From: Campylobacter showae
GTDB taxonomy: Bacteria; Campylobacterota; Campylobacteria; Campylobacterales; Campylobacteraceae
Length of the DNA: 64,000 nucleotides
Direction: 5' to 3'
NCBI RefSeq assembly: GCF_963515975.1
Contig: NZ_CAUPZM010000002.1
Location: 40,853-104,852 of the forward strand
Below the pieces are notes generated by a model. It saw only the letters and a list, made by a program, of their open reading frames with translations. It did no database searches and was not told the origin of the DNA. The position numbers and the translations under genes were made by a program. How positions within the stretch are numbered: position 1 is the first letter of the stretch; the number at the start of each line of letters is the position of its first letter. Positions 36,096 through 45,365 of this stretch are shown here, piece after piece.

Positions 36096-38312
36096 ATGAG
36101 CGACATCGTCTATACTAGAACCGACGAATCCCCGCTGTTTGCTAGCTACTCGTTGTTTCCGATCCTGCAGGCGTTTTTGCGCGCGGGCGGCATAGAGATA
36201 AAGCAGGCCGACATAGGGCTAGCCGCGCGGATCATCGCCGCTTTTAACGACAAGCTACCGCCCGATCTGCGCGTGAGCGACGACCTTGAGATGCTGCGAA
36301 ATTTGACGCAAGAAAAGCGCGCGAATATAATTAAGCTGCCAAACATCTCGGCAAGCTTGCCTCAGCTAAACGCCGCTATCACCGAGCTTCGCGCTAAGGG
36401 CTACGATCTGCCCCCATATCCGTCAGATCCAAAAACGCCGGAGGAAAAAGACGCGACCGCTAGATACGCCAAAGTGCTAGGAAGCGCTGTAAATCCGGTG
36501 CTGCGCGAGGGCAACTCCGACCGCAGATGCGTCGGTGCGGTAAAACGCTACGCCCGCGAAAACCCATACAAAATCACCCCTTTTGAAAAAGATAGCAAAA
36601 CCGAAGTCGCTTATATGAAAGGCGGAGATTTTTACTCCTCCGAGCGCTCGGTTAGCTTTGAAACGGATGAAAATTTACGCGTCGAATTTATCTCAAAAAG
36701 CGGCGAAAAACGCGTACTAAAAGAAAATTTAGCGGTAGAAAAAGGCGATATAATCGACGCTAGCTTTATGAGCGCGCGGGAGCTGGATGCCTTTATCAAG
36801 GAGCAAATCGCGGATGCGAAAGCAAAAAATTTGCTCTTTAGCGTGCATCTAAAAGCCTCGATGATGAAGGTGAGCGATCCCGTGGTTTTCGGGCATTTCG
36901 TGAAGATTTTTTTCGCGGAAGTTTTTGATGAGTTTGAAAGCGAGCTAAAAAGCGTAAACGTCAGCGAAAACAACGGGCTAAAAGACCTTTTTGCGCGGAT
37001 TTTAAATTTACCTCAAGCTACGCAGGAAAAAATCAAAGCCAAATTTGATGAAATTTACGCAAAGAGGCCAAATTTAGCGATGGTAAACTCGGCTGCCGGC
37101 GTTACAAATTTACACGTGCCTAGCGACGTTATCATCGATGCTTCGATGCCCGCGATGATAAAAAACGGCGGCAAAATGTGGGACAAAGAGGGCATAGCCA
37201 GGGAAACCAAAGCCGTGATACCCGACAAAACCTATGCCGTCGTTTATGAAGCCGCGATCGCGGATATCAAGGCAAACGGCGCGCTAGATCCGGCTAAAAT
37301 CGGCAGCGTCTCAAACGTCGGACTGATGGCTAAAAAGGCCGAGGAGTACGGCAGCCACGATAAGACCTTTGTGATAAGCGAAGCGGGCGAGGCGCGCGTA
37401 CTAAATGAAAAAGGCGAAATTTTATTTAAATTTGAGTTAGAACAAGGCGATATATTTAGGATGACGCAGGTTAAAGACGTCGCCGTGCGAAACTGGGTCG
37501 AGCTGGCGCTAAAACGCGCAAAAATCACGGGACAAAAGGCGATATTTTGGCTGGACGAAAACAGGGCTCACGACCGAGAAATCCTAAAAAAAGTAAGAGC
37601 GCAGCTAGCAAGCGCGGATACTAGCGGGCTTGATATAGAGATCATGTCTCCCGCGGCTGCTTGCAAAAAGTCGCTTGAGATCATGAGGCGCGGCGAGGAC
37701 TGTATCAGTGTCACGGGCAACGTCCTGCGCGACTATCTGACCGATCTTTTCCCGATCTTAGAGCTTGAAACCAGCGCCAAGATGCTCTCTATAGTGCCTC
37801 TGCTAGAGGGCGGAAGTATCTTTGAGACGGGAGCGGGGGGCAGCGCACCTAGGCTCGCCGAGCAGCTACTGGAGCAAAATCACCTAAGCTGGGATAGCCT
37901 TGGCGAGTTTTTGGCTCTGGGCGCTAGTCTCGAGCAGTTAGCTATCTTTAAGCAAAGCCCTGAGGCGCAAATTTTAGCCGATGCCCTAAATGCGGCCGTA
38001 GAGCGCTATCTAAAAGAAAATAAGGTTCCACGGTTTGAAGTGGGGCAGCTAGATACGCGTACGAGCCATTTTTATATCGCGCTTTACTGGGCGAGCGAGC
38101 TTGCCGCTAGCGGCACGCAGCTAGGCGATAAATTTAAACTCATCGCTCAAAATCTCGCGAAAAACGAGAGCGTAATCGCGGATGAAATAAACACGGCGCA
38201 AGGACGAAAGATCGATGTAGGCGGATACTATAAGCCGGATGATAAAAAGACAAGCGCGGCGATGAGGCCAAGCGCGACGTTTAATCAAATTTTACAAAAT
38301 CAAATTTTATAA
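36096..38312 (+). CDS. icd: Monomeric isocitrate dehydrogenase
   Basis: TDESP, KLPNISAS, GSAVNPVLREGNSDRR, HVPSDVIIDASMP, GNVLRDYLTDLFP. Confidence 0.96.
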   Translation: MSDIVYTRTDESPLFASYSLFPILQAFLRAGGIEIKQADIGLAARIIAAFNDKLPPDLRVSDDLEMLRNLTQEKRANIIKLPNISASLPQLNAAITELRAKGYDLPPYPSDPKTPEEKDATARYAKVLGSAVNPVLREGNSDRRCVGAVKRYARENPYKITPFEKDSKTEVAYMKGGDFYSSERSVSFETDENLRVEFISKSGEKRVLKENLAVEKGDIIDASFMSARELDAFIKEQIADAKAKNLLFSVHLKASMMKVSDPVVFGHFVKIFFAEVFDEFESELKSVNVSENNGLKDLFARILNLPQATQEKIKAKFDEIYAKRPNLAMVNSAAGVTNLHVPSDVIIDASMPAMIKNGGKMWDKEGIARETKAVIPDKTYAVVYEAAIADIKANGALDPAKIGSVSNVGLMAKKAEEYGSHDKTFVISEAGEARVLNEKGEILFKFELEQGDIFRMTQVKDVAVRNWVELALKRAKITGQKAIFWLDENRAHDREILKKVRAQLASADTSGLDIEIMSPAAACKKSLEIMRRGEDCISVTGNVLRDYLTDLFPILELETSAKMLSIVPLLEGGSIFETGAGGSAPRLAEQLLEQNHLSWDSLGEFLALGASLEQLAIFKQSPEAQILADALNAAVERYLKENKVPRFEVGQLDTRTSHFYIALYWASELAASGTQLGDKFKLIAQNLAKNESVIADEINTAQGRKIDVGGYYKPDDKKTSAAMRPSATFNQILQNQIL

Positions 38313-38325
38313 AAAAAGGAAAAAA

Positions 38326-39213
38326 ATGAAAATTTCAGTTATCGGAGCCGGAAACGTAGGTGCAAGCGCGGCTAGCGCTATCTTGCTAAGAGGCATCGCA
38401 GACGATATTGCGCTAGTTGATATTTTTGGCGACGTGGCGCGCGCAAAGGCGATCGACCTATCTCAGAGCGCGGCGGTTTTTGGTCTGGACGTGAGCGTCG
38501 CGGGCGGAGATGATTTTGGGCTTATTAAGGATAGCGACATCGTGGTCGTGACCGCCGGAAGCCCTAGAAAAGAGGGGCAGACTAGAGAGGATTTGTTGCT
38601 AAAAAACGCCGGCATCGTAAAAGGCACAGTGGAGAAAATCGCTAAATTTGCCCCAAACTGCGTCATCATAAACGTAACAAACCCGCTCGATGCGCTCACG
38701 TACCTAGTCTATAAAACTAGCGGTTTTGATAAAAGCAGGATACTAGGAATGGCGGGCGAACTAGACTCCGCGCGCCTAAAATACGAGATATCTCAAAAAA
38801 CCGGACTAAAAAACAGCGCCTTTAGCGCGCACATCATAGGCTCTCACAACGACGATATGGTAGCGCTGCAAAGCAACGTGAGCGTGGATTTGGGCGGCGA
38901 ATTTGACGCGGTAGCGCAGGAGGCTAAAACGGGCGGCGCAAAGATCGTTAAGCTACTTGGTACGTCGGCGTATTACGCTCCGGGCGCGGCTGCGGCCAAG
39001 ATGTGCGAGGCGATAAAAACCGGCAGCGATCAGTGGCTAAGCTGCTGCGTGATAGATGGCGAGTGCGCGGGCGGTAGACTCGTGAAGCTAGGCAAAGGCG
39101 GAGTACGCGAGATCAAGCAGCCAAGCGAGGAGGAAAAAGCAGCGCTAGAAAAAGGCGAAGCCCAAACTGCCGCAAATATCAAATTTTTAAAAGAAAGCGG
39201 GGTAATCGCGTAG
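38326..39213 (+). CDS. mdh: Malate dehydrogenase (LDH-like)
   Basis: GAGNVG, TAGSPRKEGQTREDL, TNPLD, LDSAR; follows icd. Confidence 0.92.
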   Translation: MKISVIGAGNVGASAASAILLRGIADDIALVDIFGDVARAKAIDLSQSAAVFGLDVSVAGGDDFGLIKDSDIVVVTAGSPRKEGQTREDLLLKNAGIVKGTVEKIAKFAPNCVIINVTNPLDALTYLVYKTSGFDKSRILGMAGELDSARLKYEISQKTGLKNSAFSAHIIGSHNDDMVALQSNVSVDLGGEFDAVAQEAKTGGAKIVKLLGTSAYYAPGAAAAKMCEAIKTGSDQWLSCCVIDGECAGGRLVKLGKGGVREIKQPSEEEKAALEKGEAQTAANIKFLKESGVIA

Positions 39214-39216
39214 CTG

Positions 39217-39990
39217 ATGTTTATAAAATCTAAGATCAAAACAAAACAAATCCATGCGCTATTTTTAGCGGCTTTTATTTCGGGCTGCGCTAACGTTTCT
39301 CCGAGCGCTCCGAAAAATGAAGCCTCGGTCGCGACGCAGACAAAGCAAAGCCAAACTCAGGCTGTAATGCCGGCGGAGAAAGGTCAAATTCAAGTTGCGA
39401 CTTTGCTAGAAAAAGATAAAGCCCAAAACTCGGGAAGCGAGACGACGAGCAAAGTCGGCGACCGATTTGACGTGAAAGAAAAAGCCCTGCTTGACCTTAT
39501 ACAAAAATATGTGGGCAAAAGAGACGGCGGCGACTGCTCAGGCTTTGTGACGCTTATAAATAAAAAATTTAATCGAGACTTTTTTGACGAAAAGGAACTC
39601 GATAAATTTTACACCAAGCGCGGCCTAAAAAGCGAAGCGATGTTTAAGCTTTACGAGAGTAAAAATCTAATCGCCTTTGACGATCCGCAGGTCGGGGATT
39701 TGATATTTTTCAACAACACAACTAGAAGCACGAAAAATAACAAAAAAGCTAAAATCGTCACTCACGTAGGCATCGTTAGCAGCGTCGAAAAAGACGGCAC
39801 CGTAGCTTTTACGCACCATACCAAGGGTAAAAATATGGTGGATTTTATGAATCTAAACGATAAAAATACCCGCAAAAAAGGCAAAAAAGAGCTAAATTCC
39901 TACGTCGTATCTTGCAAAAACAAAAGCACGTCGTGCCTTGCGTCAAATAGATTTTCTGGATTTGGCAAAGCAGGCGTAAGGAGAAACTAA
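39217..39990 (+). CDS. NlpC/P60 family lipoprotein
   Basis: Lipobox ISGC, DCSGF catalytic Cys, GDLIFF, THVGI. Confidence 0.85.
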   Translation: MFIKSKIKTKQIHALFLAAFISGCANVSPSAPKNEASVATQTKQSQTQAVMPAEKGQIQVATLLEKDKAQNSGSETTSKVGDRFDVKEKALLDLIQKYVGKRDGGDCSGFVTLINKKFNRDFFDEKELDKFYTKRGLKSEAMFKLYESKNLIAFDDPQVGDLIFFNNTTRSTKNNKKAKIVTHVGIVSSVEKDGTVAFTHHTKGKNMVDFMNLNDKNTRKKGKKELNSYVVSCKNKSTSCLASNRFSGFGKAGVRRN

Positions 39991-40016
39991 GTTTAGTTAT
40001 TTATGCTTATCGCTTC

Positions 40017-40076
40017 AAATTTACCGCCGTATCCGTTAAATCGTCGCCAAATTTACGGATCGGCGGCGGTAAATTT
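40017..40076. repeat. AAATTT-bounded hairpin after NlpC/P60 gene
   Basis: aaatttaccgccg...atccgt / acggat...cggcggtaaattt. Confidence 0.75.
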
Positions 40077-40293
40077 AACTTCTAAATTTACTCTACGCCA
40101 AATTGCGTAGTAGTCGTTAAATTTGAACCAAAAATCCTAAATATCAAGAACGGCATATCCGCTAGGGCGTTTCAAATTTGCTCGTTTTCATACAAAAAAT
40201 CTCCAAATTTTATTTTACTATCCGATTTAAATACCAAATTTAACTTAAATGCTATAAAATTATCGTTACGAGTTAAATTTGATAAGGAAAAAT

Positions 40294-40605
40294 ATGCTGA
40301 TAAAAACTGACGCCCCCGTCTGGGTCGATATCTCGCGCTGCAAAGCGTGCGATATCTGCGTGAGCCGCTGTCCTGCGGGCGTGCTGGCGATGGCCGTAGA
40401 GCCGCGCGCTGTGCTAGGTAAAACGATCGAAGTGGTGCATCCTGAGGCCTGTATCGGGTGCAGAGAGTGCGAGCTACACTGCCCCGATTTTGCGATTTAC
40501 GTAGCGGAAAAGGGATTTAAATTCGCCAAACTAACCGCCCAAAGTAAAGAGCGCGCGACCGCCGTAAAAGAGAATAAATTTGAAAAATTAGAGGCGGAGC
40601 AATGA
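40294..40605 (+). CDS. oorD: 2-oxoglutarate:acceptor oxidoreductase ferredoxin subunit
   Basis: Two CxxCxxCxxxCP motifs; ATG 40294 after AAGGAA. Confidence 0.93.
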   Translation: MLIKTDAPVWVDISRCKACDICVSRCPAGVLAMAVEPRAVLGKTIEVVHPEACIGCRECELHCPDFAIYVAEKGFKFAKLTAQSKERATAVKENKFEKLEAEQ

Positions 40606-41753
40606 GCGAATTTTTAAATAATAACGGCGGCAAAAGAGAGGTCATCGCTAGCGGCAACGAGCTAGTCGCGCTTGCGGCGGTGGAGTGCGGGTGTAACTTT
40701 TTCGGCGGTTATCCGATCACGCCAAGCAGCGAGATCGCGCACGAACTAAGCGTGCTACTTCCAAAGCACGGCGGTAAATTTATCCAGATGGAGGACGAGA
40801 TCGCAGGCATCTCGGTGGCGCTTGGAGCCTCGATGAGCGGGGCAAAGGCGATGACTGCAAGCTCGGGTCCCGGTATCTCGCTAAAAGCCGAGCAGATCGG
40901 GCTTGGCTTTATTGCGGAGGTGCCGCTAGTGATCGTAAACGTCATGCGCGGCGGCCCTAGTACGGGGCTACCTACCCGCGTGGCGCAGGGCGATCTCTTG
41001 CAGGCGAAAAACCCGACTCACGGCGACGTAAACAGCATCGTTATCGCGCCCTCAAGCCTAGAGGAGTGCTATACGCAGACCGTTCGCGCGTTTAATCTCG
41101 CCGAGAGGTTCATGACGCCCGTGTTTTTGCTACTAGACGAAACGATCGGACACATGCACGCAAAAGCCGTGCTGCCGCAGATCGGCGAGCTAGAGATCTA
41201 CTCGCGCAAGCAGTTTGGCGGCGATCCCGCGGACTACCGCCCATATAGGGCCGCAGCCAACGAGCCTGCCGTACTAAATAAATTTTTCGGCGGTTACCGC
41301 TATCACGTTACGGGCCTGCATCACGGCGAGACGGGTTTTCCTACCGAGGACGGCGCGGTCGTGGACTACAACATCAAGCGCCTTTTTAACAAAATAAACG
41401 CACATGCGCATGAGTTTGAGCTTTGCGAGGAGTTTATGCTAGATGACGCGGAGATTTGCATTATCGCGTTTGGCTCCGTGGCTCGCGCGGCAAAGGAAGC
41501 GGTGCTAAATTTACGCGAAAAAGGTGTGAAAGTAGGGCTTTTTAAGCCTATCACGCTATTTCCGACGCCAAGTGCGAAACTACGCGAGATCTCGGCTAAA
41601 TTTAGCAAAATTTTGATCTGCGAGTTAAATTTGGGCCAGTATACGGGAGAGGTAATCAAAGCTACGCTAAGAGACGACTTTAAGACGCTACTAAAAGCCA
41701 ACGGCCGTCCGATCAGCCCGCAAGAAATCGCGCAAAAAATAGGAGAATTTTAA
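40602..41753 (+). CDS. oorA: 2-oxoglutarate:acceptor oxidoreductase alpha subunit
   Basis: GYPITPSSE, QMEDEI, ASSGPG, RGGPSTGLPT. Confidence 0.95.
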   Translation: MSEFLNNNGGKREVIASGNELVALAAVECGCNFFGGYPITPSSEIAHELSVLLPKHGGKFIQMEDEIAGISVALGASMSGAKAMTASSGPGISLKAEQIGLGFIAEVPLVIVNVMRGGPSTGLPTRVAQGDLLQAKNPTHGDVNSIVIAPSSLEECYTQTVRAFNLAERFMTPVFLLLDETIGHMHAKAVLPQIGELEIYSRKQFGGDPADYRPYRAAANEPAVLNKFFGGYRYHVTGLHHGETGFPTEDGAVVDYNIKRLFNKINAHAHEFELCEEFMLDDAEICIIAFGSVARAAKEAVLNLREKGVKVGLFKPITLFPTPSAKLREISAKFSKILICELNLGQYTGEVIKATLRDDFKTLLKANGRPISPQEIAQKIGEF

Positions 41754-42598
41754 TGGCATTTAACTACGACGACTACCTACGCACGGACAAAACGCCGACT
41801 CTGTGGTGCTGGGGCTGCGGCGACGGCGTGATACTAAAGGCGCTAATCCGCGCAATCCATAAGCTAGGCTGGGACATGAACGATGTGTGCGTGGTCTCTG
41901 GTATCGGCTGCTCGGGACGCTTTAGCTCCTACATCAACTGCAACACCGTCCACACGACGCACGGGCGCGCGATAGCCTATGCTACGGGTATCAAGCTAGC
42001 AAACCCGAGTAAACACGTCATCGTGGTAACCGGCGACGGCGACGGGCTAGCTATAGGCGGCAATCACACGATCCACGGATGCCGCAGAAATATAAATTTA
42101 AACCACGTTTTGATAAATAACTTCATCTACGGGCTAACGAACTCCCAAACCAGTCCGACCACGCCGACCGGGTTTTGGACGGTGACGGCGCAGTACGGTA
42201 ACGTCGATCCAAATTTTGACGCGTGCAAGCTCGCAACCGCCGCAGGAGCGACCTTTGTAGCGCGCAGCAGCGTGATAGAGCCCGCAAAGCTGGAAAAGAT
42301 ATTTGCCGAGGGCTTCGAGCATGATGGATACAGTTTTTTTGACGTATTTTCAAACTGCCACATAAATCTAGGCCGCAAAAACAAGATGGGGCAGGCCACG
42401 CAGATGCTAGAGTGGATAGACGGTCGCACGGTGAGCAAGGCTAAATTTGACGCGATGAGCGAGGATGAGCGGGAGGGTAAATTTCCGCTCGGAGTGCTGC
42501 ACAAAGACGAGTCTCGCATGGAGTACACGAAGGCCTACGACATGGTGATAAAAGCCGCTAGAGACGGCGAAAAAATCGACTTTGGAGCGCTAAAATGA
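41753..42598 (+). CDS. oorB: 2-oxoglutarate:acceptor oxidoreductase beta subunit
   Basis: WCWGCG, SGIGCS, TPP motif GDGD...NN. Confidence 0.95.
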   Translation: MAFNYDDYLRTDKTPTLWCWGCGDGVILKALIRAIHKLGWDMNDVCVVSGIGCSGRFSSYINCNTVHTTHGRAIAYATGIKLANPSKHVIVVTGDGDGLAIGGNHTIHGCRRNINLNHVLINNFIYGLTNSQTSPTTPTGFWTVTAQYGNVDPNFDACKLATAAGATFVARSSVIEPAKLEKIFAEGFEHDGYSFFDVFSNCHINLGRKNKMGQATQMLEWIDGRTVSKAKFDAMSEDEREGKFPLGVLHKDESRMEYTKAYDMVIKAARDGEKIDFGALK

Positions 42599-43155
42599 AA
42601 AGGCAGTTGAGATTCGTCGGAGTGGGCGGCCAGGGCGTGATACTAGCGGGCGAAATTTTAGCCGCGGCCAAGATCGAGGAGGGCGGATACGGCGTCAAGG
42701 CCTCGACCTACACCTCGCAGGTGCGCGGCGGACCGACGAAGGTCGATATCATTTTGAGCGAGCGCGAGATATTTTACCCCTACGCAAACGAAGGCGAGAT
42801 CGAGTTTATGCTCGCTACCGCGCAGGTTAGCTTCGAGCAGTTTAAAGACGGCGTAAGAGAGGGCGGCATCATCGTCGTGGAGCCAAATTTAGTACGCGCT
42901 AGCGATGAAGATAAAAAACGGTGGAAAATCTACGAAATACCCATCATCTCCATCGCTAAAGACGAAGTGGGCAACGTCATAACCCAAAGCGTCGTCGCGC
43001 TCGCAGTCGCCGTGCAGATGAGCGGCTGCCTAGATACTGAGCTGGTTAAACGCGTAATGCTCTCAAAAGTACCTAAAAAAGTCTACGCTGAAAACGAAAA
43101 AGCTTACGAACTGGGGCTCAAATACGCCGAAATTTGCATAGAAAACGGCAAATAA
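42595..43155 (+). CDS. oorC: 2-oxoglutarate:acceptor oxidoreductase gamma subunit
   Basis: GVGGQG, YTSQVRGG. Confidence 0.95.
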   Translation: MKRQLRFVGVGGQGVILAGEILAAAKIEEGGYGVKASTYTSQVRGGPTKVDIILSEREIFYPYANEGEIEFMLATAQVSFEQFKDGVREGGIIVVEPNLVRASDEDKKRWKIYEIPIISIAKDEVGNVITQSVVALAVAVQMSGCLDTELVKRVMLSKVPKKVYAENEKAYELGLKYAEICIENGK

Positions 43156-43237
43156 AAGCGTGATTTGAAATAAGATAGATTAAGTATCATTTCGTTATAA
43201 TTCAGGTATTAATTTATTTGATTTTAAGGAGAACGAA

Positions 43238-43717
43238 ATGAGCGTTGGTATTTTTTACACGACGACAAAGGGGCACACAAAGAGCGCATGCGAGTATCTA
43301 GCGGGCAAAATAGGAGCTCAGCTAATAGATGTCAAGAGCGCAGGGGCGCAGGATTTTTCTAAATTTGACGTCATCATCGTAGCGGCGCCTAGCTACGGCG
43401 ACGGCGAGTTGCAGTCTGACTGGGCGGAGAAACTGCCGCTTTTAAAAGCCGGTAGTAAAGGCAAAAAAGCTGCCATCGTAGCCATCGGCAATCAAGCCAA
43501 CCACCCGCAAACGCTTTTTAGTGGCGCGGTGGATTTTCTGCCGTATCTAAAAGATGCGCAAATTTTCGGCGCTAGCGACGTGGACGGATATAAATTTAAC
43601 CACTCCGCGTTTTTAGTAAACGGCAAATTTATCGGTCTCGCGCTTGACGTTAAGGGTGATGAAAACTACGCAAAACGCATCGACAAATGGGTTGAGCAAA
43701 ACAAGTCTAATTTTTAA
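43238..43717 (+). CDS. Flavodoxin (long-chain type, divergent)
   Basis: GIFYTTTKGHT, PSYGDGELQSDW, GKFIGLALD, RIDKWV; TATAAT at 43196-43201 and AAGGAG RBS. Confidence 0.88.
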   Translation: MSVGIFYTTTKGHTKSACEYLAGKIGAQLIDVKSAGAQDFSKFDVIIVAAPSYGDGELQSDWAEKLPLLKAGSKGKKAAIVAIGNQANHPQTLFSGAVDFLPYLKDAQIFGASDVDGYKFNHSAFLVNGKFIGLALDVKGDENYAKRIDKWVEQNKSNF

Positions 43718-43731
43718 TTTTCTACTTTCCG

Positions 43732-43768
43732 CCGCTTCGCTCGTTAAATTTGAGCGAGGCGGTTTTTT
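43732..43768 (+). terminator. Intrinsic terminator after flavodoxin
   Basis: ccgcttcgctc / gagcgaggcgg stem, loop gttaaattt, then T6. Confidence 0.85.
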
Positions 43769-43902
43769 AATTGCCAAATTAACGAGTTCACGTCAAATTT
43801 AGATAGCTATTTTTTAGTAAAATTTGCTTACGAAATCTCAAAATTTAAAAACTCAGAAAATCGGCATTTATTATCCGAATTCCTGAGCCTAAAATACAAA
43901 TT

Positions 43903-44676
43903 TTATTTTCCAAAAAGCTTCTTTATGGCGCCGAAAAAGCCTCCTGAGCCTTCGTTTTTATCGCTTTCGCTTTTCTTTTTATCCAGCTTCATCGCTTTGC
44001 TTAGTTGCTGAGCTGCCGTATCGGCGTAGATAAACGCGCCTTCCGGGTCGCAATTAAAAAGATTTGAGTAGCACTCAGAATCATTTAAATCAATCGGGTT
44101 GGGTATAATCACGTCTGTCGCCTCAAGCAGCCCGTAGCCGTTTTCTACGCTAAATTTAACTGCGCTCAAAAACGCAGGCAAATTTTGCGCGTAAAAGTCA
44201 TCTACTTTTTGTTTTATATTTTCATCGGCATTGTAGTCCTGCCAAAATTTGGCCAAATTTGTTACGTTTATAAATGCGCCAGACGAGTAGTTTCCGTCAA
44301 ATTCGCCCGTAAATTTAGCTTTTATTTCAGGCGGTATAACGCCGCTTATATCGCTTAGATACTGCTTAAATTCGCCGTGCTCCTGCGCCAAAAAGCCAAA
44401 CGCCGTGCCGCGCGTGTAGAAGTATTTTCTAAAAAATCCTTGCACGGTAGCAAGTATGTAGCCGTGTCCCGTCGAAAAGCTCTCGTCATCTTTGGTTTCA
44501 AGCGCGGTTTTTAGGGTATCGATGTATTTTTGCGCGTAAAAATCCTCCATGCCGTACTCTTTTGCAAGCCTTTGTACGACCGACCAGTCGCCCTCTCTCG
44601 CGCTTTTTAATGCGTCAAAATACCACTGCTTTATCTCGTTTTCGTTGATCGGATGATAACTCACATCGTAGCCCAT
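43903..44676 (-). CDS. Hypothetical protein (acidic, soluble)
   Basis: 257-aa ORF with AAGGAA RBS; no family recognised. Confidence 0.8.
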   Translation of the reverse strand: MGYDVSYHPINENEIKQWYFDALKSAREGDWSVVQRLAKEYGMEDFYAQKYIDTLKTALETKDDESFSTGHGYILATVQGFFRKYFYTRGTAFGFLAQEHGEFKQYLSDISGVIPPEIKAKFTGEFDGNYSSGAFINVTNLAKFWQDYNADENIKQKVDDFYAQNLPAFLSAVKFSVENGYGLLEATDVIIPNPIDLNDSECYSNLFNCDPEGAFIYADTAAQQLSKAMKLDKKKSESDKNEGSGGFFGAIKKLFGK

Positions 44677-44729
44677 TTTGATTCCTTTTTAGGTAGATTT
44701 TTTCTAAATTTACAAAGGATTCGGCCGAT

Positions 44730-45365
44730 TTACGCGTATAAAATCGACCCTAGACGAATCATATTTGAGCCGCATTTTATCGCTAGTTCAAAGTCGCCGC
44801 TCATGCCCATCGAGCAGATTTTTGCGCCGCAAGGTTGCAGATTTTCGTAAATTTTACGCGTAGTCTCAAAGCTCTTTTGCACGACCTTTTCGTCATCTAC
44901 GTGCGCGCCGATACTCATCACGCCGACGGGTTTTAAAAATTTACACTCCTGCGCGATTTGTAAAAATGCATCCTGGGCGGCCTCGGGCGAGATGCCTTGT
45001 TTCGTGTCTTCGCGCGCGGAGTTTATTTGCAATAGGCAAGGCAGCTCATAGTCAAGCCTCTTATCCACCGCAAGCGCGGCTTCTACGCTCTCGCAGCTTT
45101 GCCAAAGAGCGGGTTTGAGCGCTAGCAGGTGGTTTATTTTGTTGCTTTGAAGTCGCCCGATGAAGTGCCACTCTATCGGCAAATTTGACAGAATTTCGCT
45201 CTTATTTTTGAGCTCTTGCACGCGGTTTTCGCCAAAGCTCGTTTGCCCCTGCTCAAAAAGCTGCAAAACCTCTTTGGTCGTTACGTTTTTGCTTACGGCG
45301 ATTAGCTTCACTGCTTCGCCCGTGCGTGCGTTTTCGATGCGTTCTAAAATTTGCGCGAGCTTCAT
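44730..45365 (-). CDS. yggS: YggS family PLP-binding protein
   Basis: LIAVSK, FGENRVQE, WHFIGRLQSNK, SMGMSGD, IRLGS. Confidence 0.95.
   Translation of the reverse strand: MKLAQILERIENARTGEAVKLIAVSKNVTTKEVLQLFEQGQTSFGENRVQELKNKSEILSNLPIEWHFIGRLQSNKINHLLALKPALWQSCESVEAALAVDKRLDYELPCLLQINSAREDTKQGISPEAAQDAFLQIAQECKFLKPVGVMSIGAHVDDEKVVQKSFETTRKIYENLQPCGAKICSMGMSGDFELAIKCGSNMIRLGSILYA

Noticed and set aside
37833..37841. Poly-G tract in icd as a phase-variation site
   Set aside because: Only G6 within conserved GAGGS codons; Campylobacter contingency tracts are usually longer.
43165..43195. Fur box upstream of the flavodoxin as a firm feature
   Set aside because: Only about 11/19 match to the consensus in AT-rich DNA; kept as a weak remark only.
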